A stretch of DNA of 64,000 bases from an uncultured Clostridia bacterium (GCA_944381825.1 CALWMK010000002.1:34660-98659), one strand, 5' to 3'; shown: positions 9,952-22,942, counted from the stretch's first letter. Notes: a model not told the origin generated them from the letters alone. Program-made: numbers and translations.

Positions 9952-10706
9952 TTCGGTTTTAGTGTGAAAAATAAAAGTAAAAATATTCCAATTATAATCA
10001 ATATACCCGATAAAAGTTGAGAAACTCTTATTCCACTATTGCCCAAAAATAGGCTATCGCCTCTAAATCCTTCGATGATACATCTAACAATTCCGTAAAA
10101 TATAAAATATAGTGACATAATAACCCCATCAGTTTTAATTTTCTTGATTGCAAATAAAAGACCAATGAATATAACCATGTCAAAAAAACTTTCATAAAAA
10201 AAGGTAGAAAGATGCCAGGTTCCATTAATCATCGTAGAAAACGGAAACCACATTAAATTTGGATTTGTCACCTCAATGCCATAGCAACAGCCTGAAAAAT
10301 AACAGCCTATTCTTCCAATGCTTTGACCCAAAACAAGAGAAATACAAGCAACATCGGCAAGTTTTAAAAAATTTTTTTTATGAATTAAACAAAATAGTAA
10401 AACCCCAAGAGCACCACCAATTACTCCACCATAAATTGCCATTCCACCTTTCCAAATTGCAAACACTTCCCAAAACGAAAAAGTTTCGCCGCTAAAAAGC
10501 ACATAATAAAGCCTTGCACCAACGATGGCAAGCGGTAAAGCATATAAAGCCACAGTGTAAATATCTTCTGGTTTTAAATCTCTAAATTTTGTATTATAAA
10601 CAGCCACAATGATGCCAATCAGCATTCCCAAAGCTATTAAAATTCCATAAAATTTTATTTCCAAACCAAATAAATTAAAACCACTGACAACATTTAACAT
10701 TTTCAT
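9915..10706 (-). CDS. lgt: Prolipoprotein diacylglyceryl transferase
   Basis: 263 aa with the motifs GGMAIYGGVIGG and GRIGCYFSGCCYG. Confidence 0.9.
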   Translation of the reverse strand: MKMLNVVSGFNLFGLEIKFYGILIALGMLIGIIVAVYNTKFRDLKPEDIYTVALYALPLAIVGARLYYVLFSGETFSFWEVFAIWKGGMAIYGGVIGGALGVLLFCLIHKKNFLKLADVACISLVLGQSIGRIGCYFSGCCYGIEVTNPNLMWFPFSTMINGTWHLSTFFYESFFDMVIFIGLLFAIKKIKTDGVIMSLYFIFYGIVRCIIEGFRGDSLFLGNSGIRVSQLLSGILIIIGIFLLLFFTLKPKWKKSKEQLPLE

Positions 10707-10783
10707 ATTTTAATTATATGATTATAAATAAAATTAGTCAACAATATTTAAAGTCAGCAAAATAATAATATTTTTTAACTCAT

Positions 10784-11698
10784 TTATTTTAAAAAGCCTT
10801 TTATAATCAGCTCTTCAGCCTGATTTTCAGAAAAACCTAAAGTCATTAGTTTTACAATTTGCTCACCAGCGATTTTACCTATTGCCGCCTCATGCACCAA
10901 AGAAGCTTCAACATTATTGCAAGTAATTTGGGGAACTGAAATTATTTTTGCATTTCCAACCAAAATTCCATCGCATTCAACATGTCCAAAACATTCATTT
11001 TCACCTATTATATTTGAATAGAAATACTGCATGGAATCACCTTTTGCAACACCTCTAGAAATAACTTCTACACTACTTTTTTCTCCAAGCAATTTAACTT
11101 CAAATTCAGTTGTGGCTGTTTGTTCATTTGTTGTTAAAATTTTTTCTTTAATCACCAATTTTGAACCATCAAATAGTTTCGCAAAAGTTTTTCGTTTTGA
11201 ACTTGCAACTCCGCCTAACTGCAAGGTTTCAATTGTAAAACTACTATTTTTTTTCATTTCAATTTGTGTGGTTGGATTTATAATCTTTTCGCCCCTTCCT
11301 TTACCAAGTCCAATATGTTTTTCAATATAATTAACTTTACAATTTTCACCCAAATGAAAGCTATGGACACCATCATGTTGACTATTTTCACTAGTATCAT
11401 TATGAATTCCACAACCAGCAATAATTGTAACTTCTGCATTTTCACCAATGTAAAAATCATTGTAAACCAAATCGTTAAAACCACCTTGTGTGATAATAAC
11501 TGGGATATGCACACTCTTGTTCTTTACATTAGGCTTTATTATTATATCTATTCCAGCAACTTCTTTTTTAGGAATGATTTCAATTTCTTCGGTATTATTT
11601 CTAATCGATTTACCATTTTTTCTTATGTTGTAAGCTCCAGTCGGAATTTGATGTAAATCTGCAACAGCCTGTAATAATTCTTTATCTATGTTATTCAT
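10784..11698 (-). CDS. SufB/SufD-family Fe-S cluster assembly protein
   Basis: 304 aa with a beta-helix type SufB/D sequence (LVHEAAIGKI...). Overlaps the upstream SufC-like ATPase by 4 nt. Confidence 0.8.
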   Translation of the reverse strand: MNNIDKELLQAVADLHQIPTGAYNIRKNGKSIRNNTEEIEIIPKKEVAGIDIIIKPNVKNKSVHIPVIITQGGFNDLVYNDFYIGENAEVTIIAGCGIHNDTSENSQHDGVHSFHLGENCKVNYIEKHIGLGKGRGEKIINPTTQIEMKKNSSFTIETLQLGGVASSKRKTFAKLFDGSKLVIKEKILTTNEQTATTEFEVKLLGEKSSVEVISRGVAKGDSMQYFYSNIIGENECFGHVECDGILVGNAKIISVPQITCNNVEASLVHEAAIGKIAGEQIVKLMTLGFSENQAEELIIKGFLK

Positions 11699-12411
11699 TT
11701 TTCACCTATTAGTTTTTTACATTGTAAATTGGATAAGGCACACAACAAATCTTTTGCAGTCCCTTGTTTTTCTACATTACCATTTTTTAAAACTATTATT
11801 TCATCAGCAATTTCCAAAATTTTTTGTTGATGTGTAACAATAATTGTTAAATTATCTTTTTGTCTTAAACTTTTAAAAATGTCCGTCAAACCTTGAAAGC
11901 TCCAAATGTCAATTCCTGCTTCAGGCTCATCAAATATGTTTATTTTTTTTCTTTCAGCTAAATTAATGGCAAGTTCAATTCTTTTCAATTCGCCACCAGA
12001 CAAAGTGGAATCAAGTTCCCGATTCAAATAATCTTTTGCGCAAAGTCCAACCTTGCTTAAATAATCGCAACCACATCTTATTGCTTTGTTTTCTTTAATC
12101 ACTGCTTTTAACATATCTAAAACTGTAAGACCCTTAAATTTAACTGGTTGTTGAAAAGTATAGCCAAAACCTAGGTTTGCTCTTTCATTAATAGAAAGCT
12201 TGTCAATGTTTTTACCATCTAATTCAATGGAACCATAAGTTTGTTTTATGATTCCCATTATTGTTTTAACTAATGTGCTTTTACCACTTCCATTGTGTCC
12301 AGTAATTGCAAAAATTTTTCCATAATTAAAAGCTAAATTTATATTATTTAATATTTTTTTATCGTTTACTTGATATGTTAAATTTGAAATTTTTAGCATT
12401 ATTTTCTCCAT
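11695..12411 (-). CDS. sufC: Fe-S cluster assembly ATPase SufC
   Basis: 238-aa ABC ATPase with GHNGSGKST Walker A and the LSGGELKR signature. Paired with the SufB/D gene. Confidence 0.85.
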   Translation of the reverse strand: MEKIMLKISNLTYQVNDKKILNNINLAFNYGKIFAITGHNGSGKSTLVKTIMGIIKQTYGSIELDGKNIDKLSINERANLGFGYTFQQPVKFKGLTVLDMLKAVIKENKAIRCGCDYLSKVGLCAKDYLNRELDSTLSGGELKRIELAINLAERKKINIFDEPEAGIDIWSFQGLTDIFKSLRQKDNLTIIVTHQQKILEIADEIIVLKNGNVEKQGTAKDLLCALSNLQCKKLIGEK

Positions 12412-12804
12412 TTAATTTCCATAAATTTCGTTATAAATGTGAATTATAGTGTTAATTGCTTTATTAATCTTCATTTCTACAAGACTTTCTAAATTTTTAT
12501 TAGAACAATCAAGCAACAAAAAGTTTCCTATTTCGTATTGTAAACAAGCAATTTGCTTTGAAAGTTCAATGGCGGTTGGTAAATCATATTCATTACAATC
12601 TTCAACCTTATTTTTAATTATTGATAAATACTCTTCAAAATTGTCATTAATACATGTTTTTAACATTGATTGTGCTTCTTTGGTGTATTTTTGACAAGTT
12701 TCAATATCTCCATCATTCATAGCTATTTCACTAGATAAAATCAATTTAGAAATGTAACCAGTATTTTGAATTAATTCAAACAAAATTTTGTTTTTTCCTT
12801 CCAT
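12412..12804 (-). CDS. Hypothetical helical protein (130 aa), first gene of the suf operon
   Basis: The ORF abuts the sufC start with no gap, and GGAGAAAAT precedes the ATG. I recognise no family. Confidence 0.6.
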   Translation of the reverse strand: MEGKNKILFELIQNTGYISKLILSSEIAMNDGDIETCQKYTKEAQSMLKTCINDNFEEYLSIIKNKVEDCNEYDLPTAIELSKQIACLQYEIGNFLLLDCSNKNLESLVEMKINKAINTIIHIYNEIYGN

Positions 12805-13573
12805 AATTTTCTCCTTAATTTAAAATATTTTTTATTTCTTTTACGAACTAGATATTATTTGATTTTCATAATTGGTCCATCGCTCAAGCTATTAGAGTAA
12901 AATTCATATATTTTATTTGAGGAATTTGACTTAAATCTAGCACATTTTCCCAGCCCAATAATTATTTCCTGAAAGTTTGCCATTTTAAAATTAATCTTTG
13001 TTGCAATCACAAATTTATATTTAAATGCTGACAAGTCAATAAAGCTTAAAATTCAGGCACTTATAACGATAGCATTTTGTTATTTTATCCTAAGTACATA
13101 TTTCAATTTACTCATATTTTTTCACAAAATAAATTATTTGTTTAAATTTTATTGGGAATAAATTGCCAAACTTTATTTTTATATTTCCTACTTTAAAAAC
13201 TAATATAAACATCATTTTTGAAAAGGAAGTTTTAAAACATATAAAGGCGTTTAAAAACAAAAAATAAAAATTAATAAACAATCTCTTTTGTGCATAATTT
13301 TATCAAATTCATATTATTTCATATCGCCACCTAAAACAAGATTGCATTTTAGTTTAATTAAAAAAACAATATTTGCTAAGAAAAGTAATTTAAATTACAA
13401 GTTTTTAGCGATAGTAGTTTATCACATTTTTTTATTTTTTCAAAGCTAATTCATTCCATTATTTTAGCATAACATTGTAATTTTTTTATTTTAAAAATTT
13501 AAAAAATAAAACAATTAAACAAACAATAAAACGTTATAGAAACAATTGAATTGAAATTTAATCTTAACATACT

Positions 13574-13604
13574 AAAATAAAAACAACCGCTTTCGCGATT
13601 GTTT
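13574..13604 (-). terminator. Intrinsic terminator of the 312-aa gene
   Basis: The minus strand reads AAACAATCGCGAAAGCGGTTGTTTTTATTTT, a hairpin followed by a T-run. Confidence 0.7.
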
Positions 13605-13622
13605 AAAAATATATTTATTAAA

Positions 13623-14561
13623 TTAAATAAAATTAAGTGTTTCAGAATCATTTTCAAAAGCATTTTTTTGTTCAAATTCTCTTTGAATATTTTTAACAGC
13701 ATCGTCAAAATCTTTTTCTTCAATGGCATAATGAGATGTGGCACAAGTCTTAATTTCTTTTGCTGAACTATATTCGTCTGTATGCATTTTTCTTTTAGAT
13801 GCCTTAACAGCTTTTTTGCCATCTTCTGTTCCAAAATTAAAATCTGCCAAAGTAAAATTTACTTCTGTATTATTTTTTTCAGCTTCTTGAGCAGACACAT
13901 AAGCTTCAGCCAAAATATTGGTTAAGCTGTTTCTAAAACAAACATCATTAGTACTTCTTAAAAGAGCCATTCTATTATTGCCAGAGAACATTTCAACAAC
14001 TCTTGGATAATTTGAATCGTCTGCTTTTTGTTTTAAAGATTCTTTAAAAGCATTTTGTGCATATTCACTATTACAATAAATAGAATTGCTATTAAATTCA
14101 ACATTATGCCCGCTAACTTTTTTTGTTTCAACAAATTTATATTTGGTTGATTGAACAGGTGTTATATCCTCAAGTTTTGCTTGATATTTAACAGCCTTTT
14201 CTTGTTTTCCATTAAGTTCAGCAAGTTTCATTTTTGCTGTAAATTTTTGACGAGATTTTTCTGTTTTATTAAGTCGTTTATTAGAAAAAGTTTTGCTGTT
14301 AATATCTGTAGATTCTGGTGTCATAAAACCAATTCTTGCGCAATGCAATCTATTTTTATATAATTTTTTTAGTATTTTCTTTTCTGCATTAGGGTTGTGC
14401 TCTGTTTCTTTTGAAATTCTTCTAACAGTTCTTTCCCTTCTTGCATTTCTAGTTTTTGTCAAAGGATTTACAACCCCATATTTTGTTGCAACTCCAACAA
14501 TAGTTCCAGCAATTGCAACTGTTCCCAAACAAATTAAAACTGTTATAATTGGTGTAATCAT
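13623..14561 (-). CDS. Hypothetical membrane-anchored protein (312 aa)
   Basis: N-terminal TM helix (ITPIITVLICLGTVAIAGTIVGVA), then a basic Lys/Arg-rich region. GGGAGG RBS upstream. I recognise no family. Confidence 0.65.
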   Translation of the reverse strand: MITPIITVLICLGTVAIAGTIVGVATKYGVVNPLTKTRNARRERTVRRISKETEHNPNAEKKILKKLYKNRLHCARIGFMTPESTDINSKTFSNKRLNKTEKSRQKFTAKMKLAELNGKQEKAVKYQAKLEDITPVQSTKYKFVETKKVSGHNVEFNSNSIYCNSEYAQNAFKESLKQKADDSNYPRVVEMFSGNNRMALLRSTNDVCFRNSLTNILAEAYVSAQEAEKNNTEVNFTLADFNFGTEDGKKAVKASKRKMHTDEYSSAKEIKTCATSHYAIEEKDFDDAVKNIQREFEQKNAFENDSETLNFI

Positions 14562-14731
14562 CTAAACCTCCCAAATTTATTAATTAGAGTATATCACTTT
14601 TACAGTTTTTGTCAATACCTAGCTATAAAATATTATAACATTTTAAGTCAATCAAACAATTTTATCCCACTAACAAACCTTTTTAAATTTTTTAATATTC
14701 AAGGTTAAATTTCAAATCAAATCTTTAATTT

Positions 14732-15061
14732 TTACAAAATTTTTTTATAATTTTTATACAATTTTTCTAAATTATACTTTTCTCTTTCTTTTACTGATAA
14801 AATATGTAAGATAATATCTTTTAAATCTATGACAATCCAACTTCCTTTATTCAGTCCTTCTAAATTATAGGGTTGGATATGCATTTCGCTTAATAAGTTC
14901 AATATCTCATTGCAAACAATTTTACATTCTTCTTCATTTTCAAAAGAAGTTAAAATAATATATTTAGTTAAATTATTCTTGGTTTGAGTGTCATAAGCAC
15001 TAATATTTTTTGCACCAACATTTTTTAGTTTTTCAACAATTAAATTAAAAATATCCTGCAT
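14732..15061 (-). CDS. rsfS: Ribosome silencing factor RsfS (iojap family)
   Basis: 109 aa. The pattern ...YIILTSFENEE...GSWIVIDLKDIILHILSVKEREKYNLEKLY is typical of RsfS. Confidence 0.85.
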   Translation of the reverse strand: MQDIFNLIVEKLKNVGAKNISAYDTQTKNNLTKYIILTSFENEEECKIVCNEILNLLSEMHIQPYNLEGLNKGSWIVIDLKDIILHILSVKEREKYNLEKLYKNYKKIL

Positions 15062-15148
15062 AATTACTCCTAAGTACCTAATATATTACCTTACCTTATA
15101 GTAAAATGTCAAATTAAATAATTTGAAGCAACTATTTATTGTAATTAT

Positions 15149-15177
15149 TTGACAGTTTTGTTTTAAATTTCTACACT
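15149..15177 (+). promoter_or_regulatory. SigA-type promoter of the PFOR gene
   Basis: TTGACA (15149-15154), 17-nt spacer, TACACT (15172-15177). An AAAGGAG RBS precedes the ATG at 15197. Confidence 0.65.
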
Positions 15178-15196
15178 AAATTTAAAAGGAGCAAAA

Positions 15197-18100
15197 ATGG
15201 AAAAATTTATCAATGTTGATGGAAATACTGCTGCCGCAAATATAGCCTATTATTTTAGTGAAGTTGCCGCTATCTATCCAATTACTCCCTCATCAAACAT
15301 GGCAGAACTTTGTGATGAATGGGCAAGCACTGGAAAAACAAATTATTTTAATATGCCTGTTAAAGTTGAGCAAATGCAATCGGAAGCTGGCGCGGCTGGA
15401 GCGGTTCATGGGAGTTTGACTGCGGGAGCATTAACAACCACATTTACTGCAAGTCAAGGTCTATTATTAATGATACCAAACATGTATAAAATAGCTGGTG
15501 AACTTTTGCCATGTGTTTTTCATGTTTCTGCAAGAGCGGTCGCCACACATGCTTTGTCAATATTTGGGGATCACTCCGATGTTATGGCATGCAGAATGAC
15601 TGGATTTAATATGCTAGCATCTTCAAATGTTCAAGAAGCTCAAGATTTAGCAGTGATAGCACATGTTTCATCTATCAAATCCTCTTTGCCATTTTTACAT
15701 TTTTTTGATGGATTTAGAACTTCACATGAAATTCAAAAAATTCAAGCAATAGATAAAAACACATTAAATGAACTAATGCCTGTTGACGAACTCACTGCCT
15801 TTAAAAGGCGTGCTTTAAGCCCAGTCAATCCTTGTCAACGGGGTACAGCTCAAAATCCCGATATTTTTTTTCAAAATCGCGAAGCTTGTAATAAATATTA
15901 TGATGATGTTTATAAGATAGTAGAAGCTTCTATGGAAGAGTTTGCACAAAAAACTGGCAGAGTTTATCATCCATTTGATTATTATGGTCCAAAAAATCCT
16001 AGTAACTTAATAGTAATTATGGGAAGTGGTGCTCAAACCGTGATAGATGTGGCAAGTCATGAAAGCAATTTAGGTGTGATTGTAGTAAGATTATATAGAC
16101 CATTTAATTCAAAAGCTTTTGTAAAGCTTATTCCAAGTTCTGTTAAATGCATCACTGTTTTGGATAGAACAAAAGAAAGTGGTGCAACATTTGAGCCATT
16201 GTGTCAAGATGTTATTTCTGCACTTAGTGAATATGATATGCAAATTAAAGTTCTTGGAGGAAGATATGGTTTAGGAAGCAAAGAATTCACTCCACAATGT
16301 GTTCAAGCAGTATTAAGCAATATGCAATCAAAATCATCTAAAAATCATTTTACTGTAGGAATTTTTGATGATGTAACCAATACATCTCTTGAATTGAATG
16401 AAGATTATAAAATCCCTCATTCATACAAACAATTAAAATTTTTTGGTCTTGGTGGCGATGGAACAGTCAGTGCAAACAAAAATGCCATTAAAATTATTGG
16501 TGAAAATTCAGAATATTTCACGCAAGGATATTTTGAATATGATTCAAAAAAATCAGGAAGTTTAACAATTTCTCACTTAAGAATGAGTCCAAATGAAATA
16601 CGCGCGCCCTATCTTGTTACAGAAGCAGACTTTATTGCAATACACAATTTTAATTTTGTAGCAAGATATAGAATATTAGAGGATTTAAAACAAAATGGAA
16701 CAGTTCTATTAAACACCGCTTTGAGACCAGAACAACTTTCCACTCATCTTCCAACAAATTTTAAAAAAGCATTGTTAGACAAAAAGGCAAAACTATTCAT
16801 TATTGATGCACAAGAAAAGGCTCAAAAAATTGGATTAAAAAATAAAATTAACACAATAATGCAATCAGCTTTTTTTAAAATATCAAATGTCATCGATTAT
16901 AACAAAGCAAAAAAGGCACTAAAAATGGCGGCGGAAAAAACTTATGGCAAAAAGGGCGAAAAAGTTGTCAATATGAATTTTGAAGCCATTGAACTTGGTG
17001 AACAAGTACAGAAAGTTCCTTTAAATTTAATTAATTTATATGAAAATTCTAGCTATGACAAAGAAACTAAAAACAAATATTACAGAAATTTTATAGAACC
17101 AATAAATCGCTTAGAAGGAAATGCATTGAAGGTGTCGGAATTTTCCCCTGATGGAACGGTTCCAACTGGCACCACAAAATATGAAAAACGAGGAATCGCT
17201 GACAAATGCCCAAATTGGATAAGTGAAAATTGCATACAATGTGGTTTTTGTACCCTTGTTTGCCCTCATGCAGCTCTTAGAAGCAAATTAATTAACGAAC
17301 AACAACTAAAAGATGCACCTGAAAAATTCAAAACTGTTAAAGCAATTGGTGAAGACAATAAAAACTTTTGTTTGCAACTAAGCCCTCTTGATTGTACAGG
17401 ATGTGGAGTTTGCGCTCAAGTTTGTCCTGCAAAAAACAAAGCTTTGGCAATGGAGCCAGCCTCAATTATTTATGAAAAGGAAAAAGACAATTTTAATTAC
17501 TTTAAAAATTTAGTTTCTCAAAATTCCAAATTTAGGTCAGATACAATAAAAGGGCTTCAATATAAGCAACCTTATTTTGAATATAACTATGCTTGTGCAG
17601 GATGCGGTGAAACACCATATATTAAAATTGCCACTCAACTTTTTGGTGACACTATGATTATTGCAAATGCAACTGGTTGTTCTAGTATTTATGGAGGCTC
17701 TGCGCCCGCCTGCCCTTACACTAAAAATGAAAAAGGCTTTGGTCCAAGCTGGGCAAATAGTCTTTTTGAAGATAATGCAGAATTTGGAATGGGAATCAAA
17801 TTTGCATTGGAAACTCATAAAGCTAAACTAATTAGCTTAGTTCAAATGTTGATACAGGAAAATGAAATTAATAAAACTCTTAATTTACTATTGCAAAAAT
17901 TTATTGCTTCGCCAAACAATTTGTTGGCAAATGAATGTGATGAAATTATAAATTTATTACAAAAAGAAAAACAAAATGAACTAATAGACGAAATTTTAAA
18001 AAGAAAAGATGATTTTTACAAAAAAAGTGTTTGGATAATTGGTGGAGATGGTTGGGCATATGACATAGGTTATGGCGGGCTTGACCATTTACTTAGTTCA

Positions 18101-18658
18101 AATATAAATGTCAACATACTAGTGCTTGACAGCGAAGTTTATTCAAATACGGGTGGACAAAGTTCAAAAAGCACACCAAGAGGAAGTTTTGCAAAATTTG
18201 CATTTGGAGGAAAAAAGACAAAGAAAAAAGATTTGGGTCTTATTGCTATCTCAAATAAAAATTGCTATGTCGCAAGTATCGGTCTTGGAGCAAATATGCA
18301 ACAAACAATTACTGCCATGAAAGAAGCCGAAGCATTTGACGGACCAAGTTTAATTATTGCCTATTCACCTTGTGTGAATCACGGATTTGATATGTCCAAT
18401 TCACAACATGAAATTAAAATGGCGGTTGCAAGTGGCTATTGGAATTTATATAGATTTAACCCTATTACAAACATTTTAACACTGGATAGTCCAAAGCCTA
18501 CCATGACTTATGAAGAGTTTTTGATGGGAGAAACAAGATATTCAGCACTAGCAAAAAAATTTCCAGAAAAGGCAAAACAACTCTTTGAAGAGGCAAAAAA
18601 TGATGCCGAATTAAGATATCAAACTCTTTTAGACCTATCAAATAAAAAAGCTGATTAA
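15197..18658 (+). CDS. nifJ: Pyruvate:ferredoxin (flavodoxin) oxidoreductase
   Basis: 1153 aa. Two ferredoxin-type motifs (CIQCGFCTLVCP, CTGCGVCAQVCP) and a TPP-binding region (GGDGWAYDIGYGGLDH). Confidence 0.95.
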   Translation: MEKFINVDGNTAAANIAYYFSEVAAIYPITPSSNMAELCDEWASTGKTNYFNMPVKVEQMQSEAGAAGAVHGSLTAGALTTTFTASQGLLLMIPNMYKIAGELLPCVFHVSARAVATHALSIFGDHSDVMACRMTGFNMLASSNVQEAQDLAVIAHVSSIKSSLPFLHFFDGFRTSHEIQKIQAIDKNTLNELMPVDELTAFKRRALSPVNPCQRGTAQNPDIFFQNREACNKYYDDVYKIVEASMEEFAQKTGRVYHPFDYYGPKNPSNLIVIMGSGAQTVIDVASHESNLGVIVVRLYRPFNSKAFVKLIPSSVKCITVLDRTKESGATFEPLCQDVISALSEYDMQIKVLGGRYGLGSKEFTPQCVQAVLSNMQSKSSKNHFTVGIFDDVTNTSLELNEDYKIPHSYKQLKFFGLGGDGTVSANKNAIKIIGENSEYFTQGYFEYDSKKSGSLTISHLRMSPNEIRAPYLVTEADFIAIHNFNFVARYRILEDLKQNGTVLLNTALRPEQLSTHLPTNFKKALLDKKAKLFIIDAQEKAQKIGLKNKINTIMQSAFFKISNVIDYNKAKKALKMAAEKTYGKKGEKVVNMNFEAIELGEQVQKVPLNLINLYENSSYDKETKNKYYRNFIEPINRLEGNALKVSEFSPDGTVPTGTTKYEKRGIADKCPNWISENCIQCGFCTLVCPHAALRSKLINEQQLKDAPEKFKTVKAIGEDNKNFCLQLSPLDCTGCGVCAQVCPAKNKALAMEPASIIYEKEKDNFNYFKNLVSQNSKFRSDTIKGLQYKQPYFEYNYACAGCGETPYIKIATQLFGDTMIIANATGCSSIYGGSAPACPYTKNEKGFGPSWANSLFEDNAEFGMGIKFALETHKAKLISLVQMLIQENEINKTLNLLLQKFIASPNNLLANECDEIINLLQKEKQNELIDEILKRKDDFYKKSVWIIGGDGWAYDIGYGGLDHLLSSNINVNILVLDSEVYSNTGGQSSKSTPRGSFAKFAFGGKKTKKKDLGLIAISNKNCYVASIGLGANMQQTITAMKEAEAFDGPSLIIAYSPCVNHGFDMSNSQHEIKMAVASGYWNLYRFNPITNILTLDSPKPTMTYEEFLMGETRYSALAKKFPEKAKQLFEEAKNDAELRYQTLLDLSNKKAD

Positions 18659-18674
18659 AGTAATAATTTTAATC

Positions 18675-19499
18675 TCATAATATATTTTCAGATATTTTTT
18701 TATTAAATTTCGGATTTATAAAAGAAATTAAAGACAAAATCAAAAGAAGTGTTGAAAAAATTATATAATATAAATTATATTTAACCAAAAAACTTGAAAA
18801 CAGCATAATACAAGAGGCTAAAAAATAGCCTTTTGTTCTTTTTTTATTAAGAGAATATGCAAGTAAATCTTTTATGGTGTTTTTTTGTGATTGTTTTAGT
18901 TCTATTACCTTTTCAGGATAAAAATCATAAACTTTTAATAACTTAAAATAGGTTTGTTCACAATTTAAAATTAAAATTTTAAGACTCATTTTATCAGCAA
19001 ATTTGCTTACTGCTGTTTCATATTCATTAGTACAAATAACAAGCTTTGTCACACCTATATTTTTTATTTTATTTATACAAACAATCAAGTCATCTATAGT
19101 AAATTTTCTATAAGTATAAAATGGAAATAGAACAATTTTTTCACCGTTAACGTGTTCAACCAAAACATATTCTTTCTTTTTTACTGCCTCGTGCTTTTTC
19201 TTGGCAAGTTTATAATAAAAATCTAAAGTTTGTTTTTCTTCACCAAACAAAAAAGAATTTTTACATTCTTCAATTTTTTCAAGTTCCTTCTTTTTTATTG
19301 ATAAAGTTGTTTGATGCTTAGTTGAAACAATTTTGATAAAAACATCAATCATAATGGTTGCAAGAGCTGATACAATAATAGCTAAATAAAGTTTTTCAAT
19401 ATAATATCTAGCCCAAATAAAACAGATTAAAAAAATCAAAGATATTCTAAACAGCATAGAAAATATGCTTGAAATAGAAAATTTCATAATATCATTCAC
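18675..19499 (-). CDS. Hypothetical membrane protein with a central soluble domain
   Basis: 274 aa. TM helices at both ends flank a ~150-aa soluble segment. I am not confident of any family. Confidence 0.6.
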   Translation of the reverse strand: MNDIMKFSISSIFSMLFRISLIFLICFIWARYYIEKLYLAIIVSALATIMIDVFIKIVSTKHQTTLSIKKKELEKIEECKNSFLFGEEKQTLDFYYKLAKKKHEAVKKKEYVLVEHVNGEKIVLFPFYTYRKFTIDDLIVCINKIKNIGVTKLVICTNEYETAVSKFADKMSLKILILNCEQTYFKLLKVYDFYPEKVIELKQSQKNTIKDLLAYSLNKKRTKGYFLASCIMLFSSFLVKYNLYYIIFSTLLLILSLISFINPKFNKKISENIL

Positions 19500-19555
19500 C
19501 TCATATATTGAGAATTATTGACACTATGAACAAATTTAATCAAATAAAAGAGAAA

Positions 19556-21600
<2,045 letters not shown>

Positions 21601-21631
21601 TTTTTCTCCTAATTATTGTTTTAAATTTGCT

Positions 21632-22942
21632 TTAATTTTGTCTTTTTCTTTTCATCTTGTTTTTTGATAAATTTTTTGCCTTGACAATTAAAACATTTTT
21701 TCTAGTTTTATCATATTTTTCAATTTGTTTTTTTGCTTCGCGTATTCCTCTCAAAATTTCTTTATTACTAATTTTTTCCAATATTGTCAAAATAGAATAA
21801 TCAGCAGTTGAATCTTTAAGCATAAATTCACAAATATCATTTAAAGCATTAGGTTTTCTAATTTTATCAATATTTTTTTTCTTATCTTCTAAAAGTTTTG
21901 GATTGGCAATTATTTCATCAATAATTTTATTTAATTTATGTTTCACATCAATTACAAAACAAGCATTCTTTTCAATTAAGAATTTTAAATTAGCAAGTTC
22001 TTGTTCTGCCAATCTGCTTATACTTATTAATGGCAATCTAGAGCACAAACTCTCTGTAGTTGAAATTCCACCGCATTTTCCAACCAAACAATCACTGGCA
22101 CACATATATTCTTCAATATTATTTATAAAACCCAAGTTGATTATCTTGTGTTTTGGCTTAGAAAATTTAATAATGTTAGAAATACTTTTTTTGCTATTTT
22201 TATCTTTCCCATTAATTACAATAATTTGAATTGGAGTTTTAACTTTTAAAAGCGATTTAAACAAGTTTTTTATACCTCCAAATCCTCCCCCTCCAGTCAT
22301 TAACATAACGGTAAACAAATCTTTATTAAGTTTTAATGTTTCTCTGCATTCATTCTTGTTTCTGTTTATAGAAAATTTTTCTTTTACAGGCAAACCCAAA
22401 CAAACAATTTGCTCTTTTTTAAACCCCTTACTTATCAAAGTTGATTCAACTTCTTCACAAGGAGTAAAAATGTAATCAATACCAGTAGTAGCTTCCCAAA
22501 AAGGATGAACACAATAATCTGTTAAGACTGCGCCAATTTTAACATTTAATGGATATAGCTTTCTAATGTTAGTTAAAATAATTGCTCCGTAAAAATGTGT
22601 GCATAAAATCAAATCTGGTTTAAAATCAAGAATGGCTTTCAAAATATAAGGAGTTTCTTTTTCAATAGTTTTTTGAGCAGGCGAAGTTTCTTTTTTTAAA
22701 GGGTCTCTTTTTAAAAGAGCTTTGTATATCATATTATAAATTCCAAGAGCATATTTGCAAGCTGCACGATAACCATCATCAATAAAAAATGCTTTTGTTT
22801 TACTGCTATACTCTTTAAAGATATCCAAAGTTTTAACTTTTACATCGTCGTAAGATTCAAATTTTGTTTTAAGCGAATTGGCAACAGAATTGTGTCCCTC
22901 TCCAGCAGTAACAGTTAATATCAAAACCTTTTTCATTTTCAT
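21632..22942 (-). CDS. Glycosyltransferase, MGDG-synthase/UgtP-like (GT28)
   Basis: 436 aa. The N-terminus VLILTVTAGEGHNSVANSL is typical of diacylglycerol glycosyltransferases. Basic C-terminal tail. Confidence 0.75.
   Translation of the reverse strand: MKMKKVLILTVTAGEGHNSVANSLKTKFESYDDVKVKTLDIFKEYSSKTKAFFIDDGYRAACKYALGIYNMIYKALLKRDPLKKETSPAQKTIEKETPYILKAILDFKPDLILCTHFYGAIILTNIRKLYPLNVKIGAVLTDYCVHPFWEATTGIDYIFTPCEEVESTLISKGFKKEQIVCLGLPVKEKFSINRNKNECRETLKLNKDLFTVMLMTGGGGFGGIKNLFKSLLKVKTPIQIIVINGKDKNSKKSISNIIKFSKPKHKIINLGFINNIEEYMCASDCLVGKCGGISTTESLCSRLPLISISRLAEQELANLKFLIEKNACFVIDVKHKLNKIIDEIIANPKLLEDKKKNIDKIRKPNALNDICEFMLKDSTADYSILTILEKISNKEILRGIREAKKQIEKYDKTRKNVLIVKAKNLSKNKMKRKRQN

Noticed and set aside
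12855-12983. 42-aa minus-strand ORF (MANFQEIIIGLGKCARFKSNSSNKIYEFYSNSLSDGPIMKIK) in the gene-free gap upstream of the suf operon; considered as a small protein or RiPP precursor.
   Set aside because: There is no Shine-Dalgarno before the ATG, no recognisable family and no partner modification genes. It cannot be distinguished from a chance ORF.
13499-13834. 111-aa ORF overlapping the end of the 312-aa gene and its terminator; also ORF 58171-58404.
   Set aside because: They run through intrinsic terminators or intergenic AT-rich DNA and have Lys/Ile/Leu/Phe-dominated composition typical of AT-rich noise.
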